This document shows, one piece after another, positions 62,858-64,000 of a stretch of DNA of 64,000 nucleotides. The notes under the pieces are model-generated. The model had not been told where the DNA came from and made no database searches. It worked only from the letters and a program-made list of their open reading frames with translations. The stretch is from Bacteroidetes bacterium SB0662_bin_6 (lineage in GTDB: Bacteria > Bacteroidota > Rhodothermia > Rhodothermales > VXPQ01): positions 9,153 through 73,152 of the forward strand of contig VXPQ01000038.1 of the NCBI GenBank assembly GCA_009839485.1. Direction: 5' to 3'. The translations under genes were made by a program, and so were the position numbers. The stretch's first letter is position 1; each line of letters begins with the position of its first letter.

Positions 62858-64000
62858 TCACTCCACATCCCCTGTCGAATACTCCCCATCCACAAGGCGC
62901 CGGATGCCGCGCTCATTGCGGTCGCGCAGTTCCGGGGGCAATGCGGACGAGGGAAAATTCTGCCAGGCTACGGGCCGCACGAACCGTTGAATCGCGGTGT
63001 CTCCCACGGCTCCGGTACGCACATCGGTCGTGGCCGGATAGGGGCCTCCATGATGCATGGCAGGGCATACCTCCACGCCCGTGGGAAATCCGTTGAATAT
63101 GAACCGGCCCGCCTTTCGCCGCAACACATGAACGAGCCTGTCATAGCGGGCAATATCTTCTTCATCGCCGTGAATCGCCGCGGTGAGCTGCCCTTTCAGA
63201 CTGTGGGCAACGCTTTCCAACTCAGCGGTATCCCTCGCCACCACGACCAGGCTCGACGGCCCGAACACCTCTTCGGACAGCATATCGTTCGCCAGGAAGG
63301 TCTGCACATCTGTGCGAAAGAGGGCTCCTCCCCCCTCCGTACGCGCCGGGTCCGCCTCTCGCTCCGAAGCCGCCACGCGCTCGACCCCTTGCGCAGCAGC
63401 CAAGCGGTCGGTGCCGGCGCAGAACCGGTCGCGGATGCCCCGGTGGAGCATCGACGCCGGTTCGGCCCGGCGGATGTGTTCGCCCAAAGCCTGCAGGAAG
63501 GCTTCCATCGCTTCCCCGCCGACCCCGAACACCAGCCCCGGGTTCGTACAGAACTGCCCCACGCCCAGCAGAATCGACCCCGCCAGTTTTTCGGCAAGGG
63601 CCTCCGCCCCGTTCTCCAGGGCGGAAGGCAGGATGAACACCGGATTGACGCTCCCCATCTCGGCATACACAGGTATTGGCACGGGGCGCGCGGCCGCCGC
63701 ATCGAAGAGCGCACGTCCTCCCTGAAGCGATCCGGTGAATCCCACTGCCTGCACCAGCGGGTGCCGGACCAGCGCCAGCCCTACCTCGTAGCCTTGTCCA
63801 TGCACCAGCGAGAACACGCCGGCAGGCATTTTTTCGGCTTCGGCGGCCCGGAGAATAGCGTGGGCCACCAGTTCGGAGGTGCCGGGATGCGCCGGATGCG
63901 CCTTGCAGATTACCGGGCAACCGGCGGCCAGCGCAGAGGCGGTATCGCCCCCCGGCGCCGAATAGGCCAGCGGAAAGTTGCTGGCCCCGAATACGGCCAC
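62858..64000 (-). CDS. NAD(P)+ aldehyde dehydrogenase, alpha-ketoglutaric-semialdehyde-dehydrogenase-like; N-terminus beyond the window
   Basis: FGASNFPLAYSAPGGDTASALAAGCPVICKAHPAHPGTSELV and EMGSVNPVFI with GQFCTNPG (catalytic Cys). The ORF is open to the window edge. Confidence 0.85.
   Translation of the reverse strand: MAVFGASNFPLAYSAPGGDTASALAAGCPVICKAHPAHPGTSELVAHAILRAAEAEKMPAGVFSLVHGQGYEVGLALVRHPLVQAVGFTGSLQGGRALFDAAAARPVPIPVYAEMGSVNPVFILPSALENGAEALAEKLAGSILLGVGQFCTNPGLVFGVGGEAMEAFLQALGEHIRRAEPASMLHRGIRDRFCAGTDRLAAAQGVERVAASEREADPARTEGGGALFRTDVQTFLANDMLSEEVFGPSSLVVVARDTAELESVAHSLKGQLTAAIHGDEEDIARYDRLVHVLRRKAGRFIFNGFPTGVEVCPAMHHGGPYPATTDVRTGAVGDTAIQRFVRPVAWQNFPSSALPPELRDRNERGIRRLVDGEYSTGDVE

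Overview
A 64 kb, high-GC, densely coding chromosomal segment. No rRNA, CRISPR array, transposase, integrase, or recognisable defence or toxin-antitoxin genes were seen. Several traits suggest a Bacteroidota/Rhodothermota-like organism, as inference only: a CarboxypepD_reg-type TonB receptor with a partner lipoprotein, a bS22-like 31-aa ORF, C-rich leaders without Shine-Dalgarno sequences, and many TAT-exported xylose-isomerase-like TIM barrels.

Content by coordinate:
- Housekeeping genes: moeA/moaA, a MATE pump, mnmA, apt, ridA-like, an AmiC-type amidase, an ECF sigma module, mlaEFD-like genes, a Dus enzyme, a UvrD/PcrA helicase, an NfeD pair, coaX, birA, fabI and an L,D-transpeptidase.
- Predicted periplasmic sugar-oxidising enzymes, unusually many: four TAT-signal TIM-barrel isomerase/epimerase paralogues, a Gfo/Idh/MocA oxidoreductase, a PmoA-like DUF6807 protein, a PQQ sugar dehydrogenase, and a GMC oxidoreductase with a TAT small subunit.
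- RNA genes: tRNA-Thr(CGU) on the minus strand (28300-28375) and a standard one-piece tmRNA (60438-60802, tag ANDYSYAMAA).

I did not find a convincing new multi-gene 'system'. The observations most worth follow-up are structural:
1. A dispersed miniature inverted-repeat family with GGATACTCTGAT termini. It includes a 256/321-bp TIR-bounded element carrying a perfect 23-bp internal inverted repeat.
2. A segmental duplication of a TIM-barrel gene with a 575-bp indel that removes or adds a small DUF1640-like tail-anchored coiled-coil gene. That gene itself contains nested tandem repeats.
3. Two further DUF1640-like paralogues directly downstream of ssrA. They are followed by a two-gene cassette flanked by diverged direct copies of the 3' end of an aldehyde dehydrogenase gene, and the differences between those copies are almost all synonymous.
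4. Three 27-nt imperfect palindromes at about 61-bp spacing in a divergent promoter region.
5. A low-GC, structured orphan spacer at 7.8-8.2 kb.

All family assignments come from motif recognition by eye; no database search was run. Many long ORFs in the track are antisense 'shadow' ORFs typical of high-GC DNA and were rejected.
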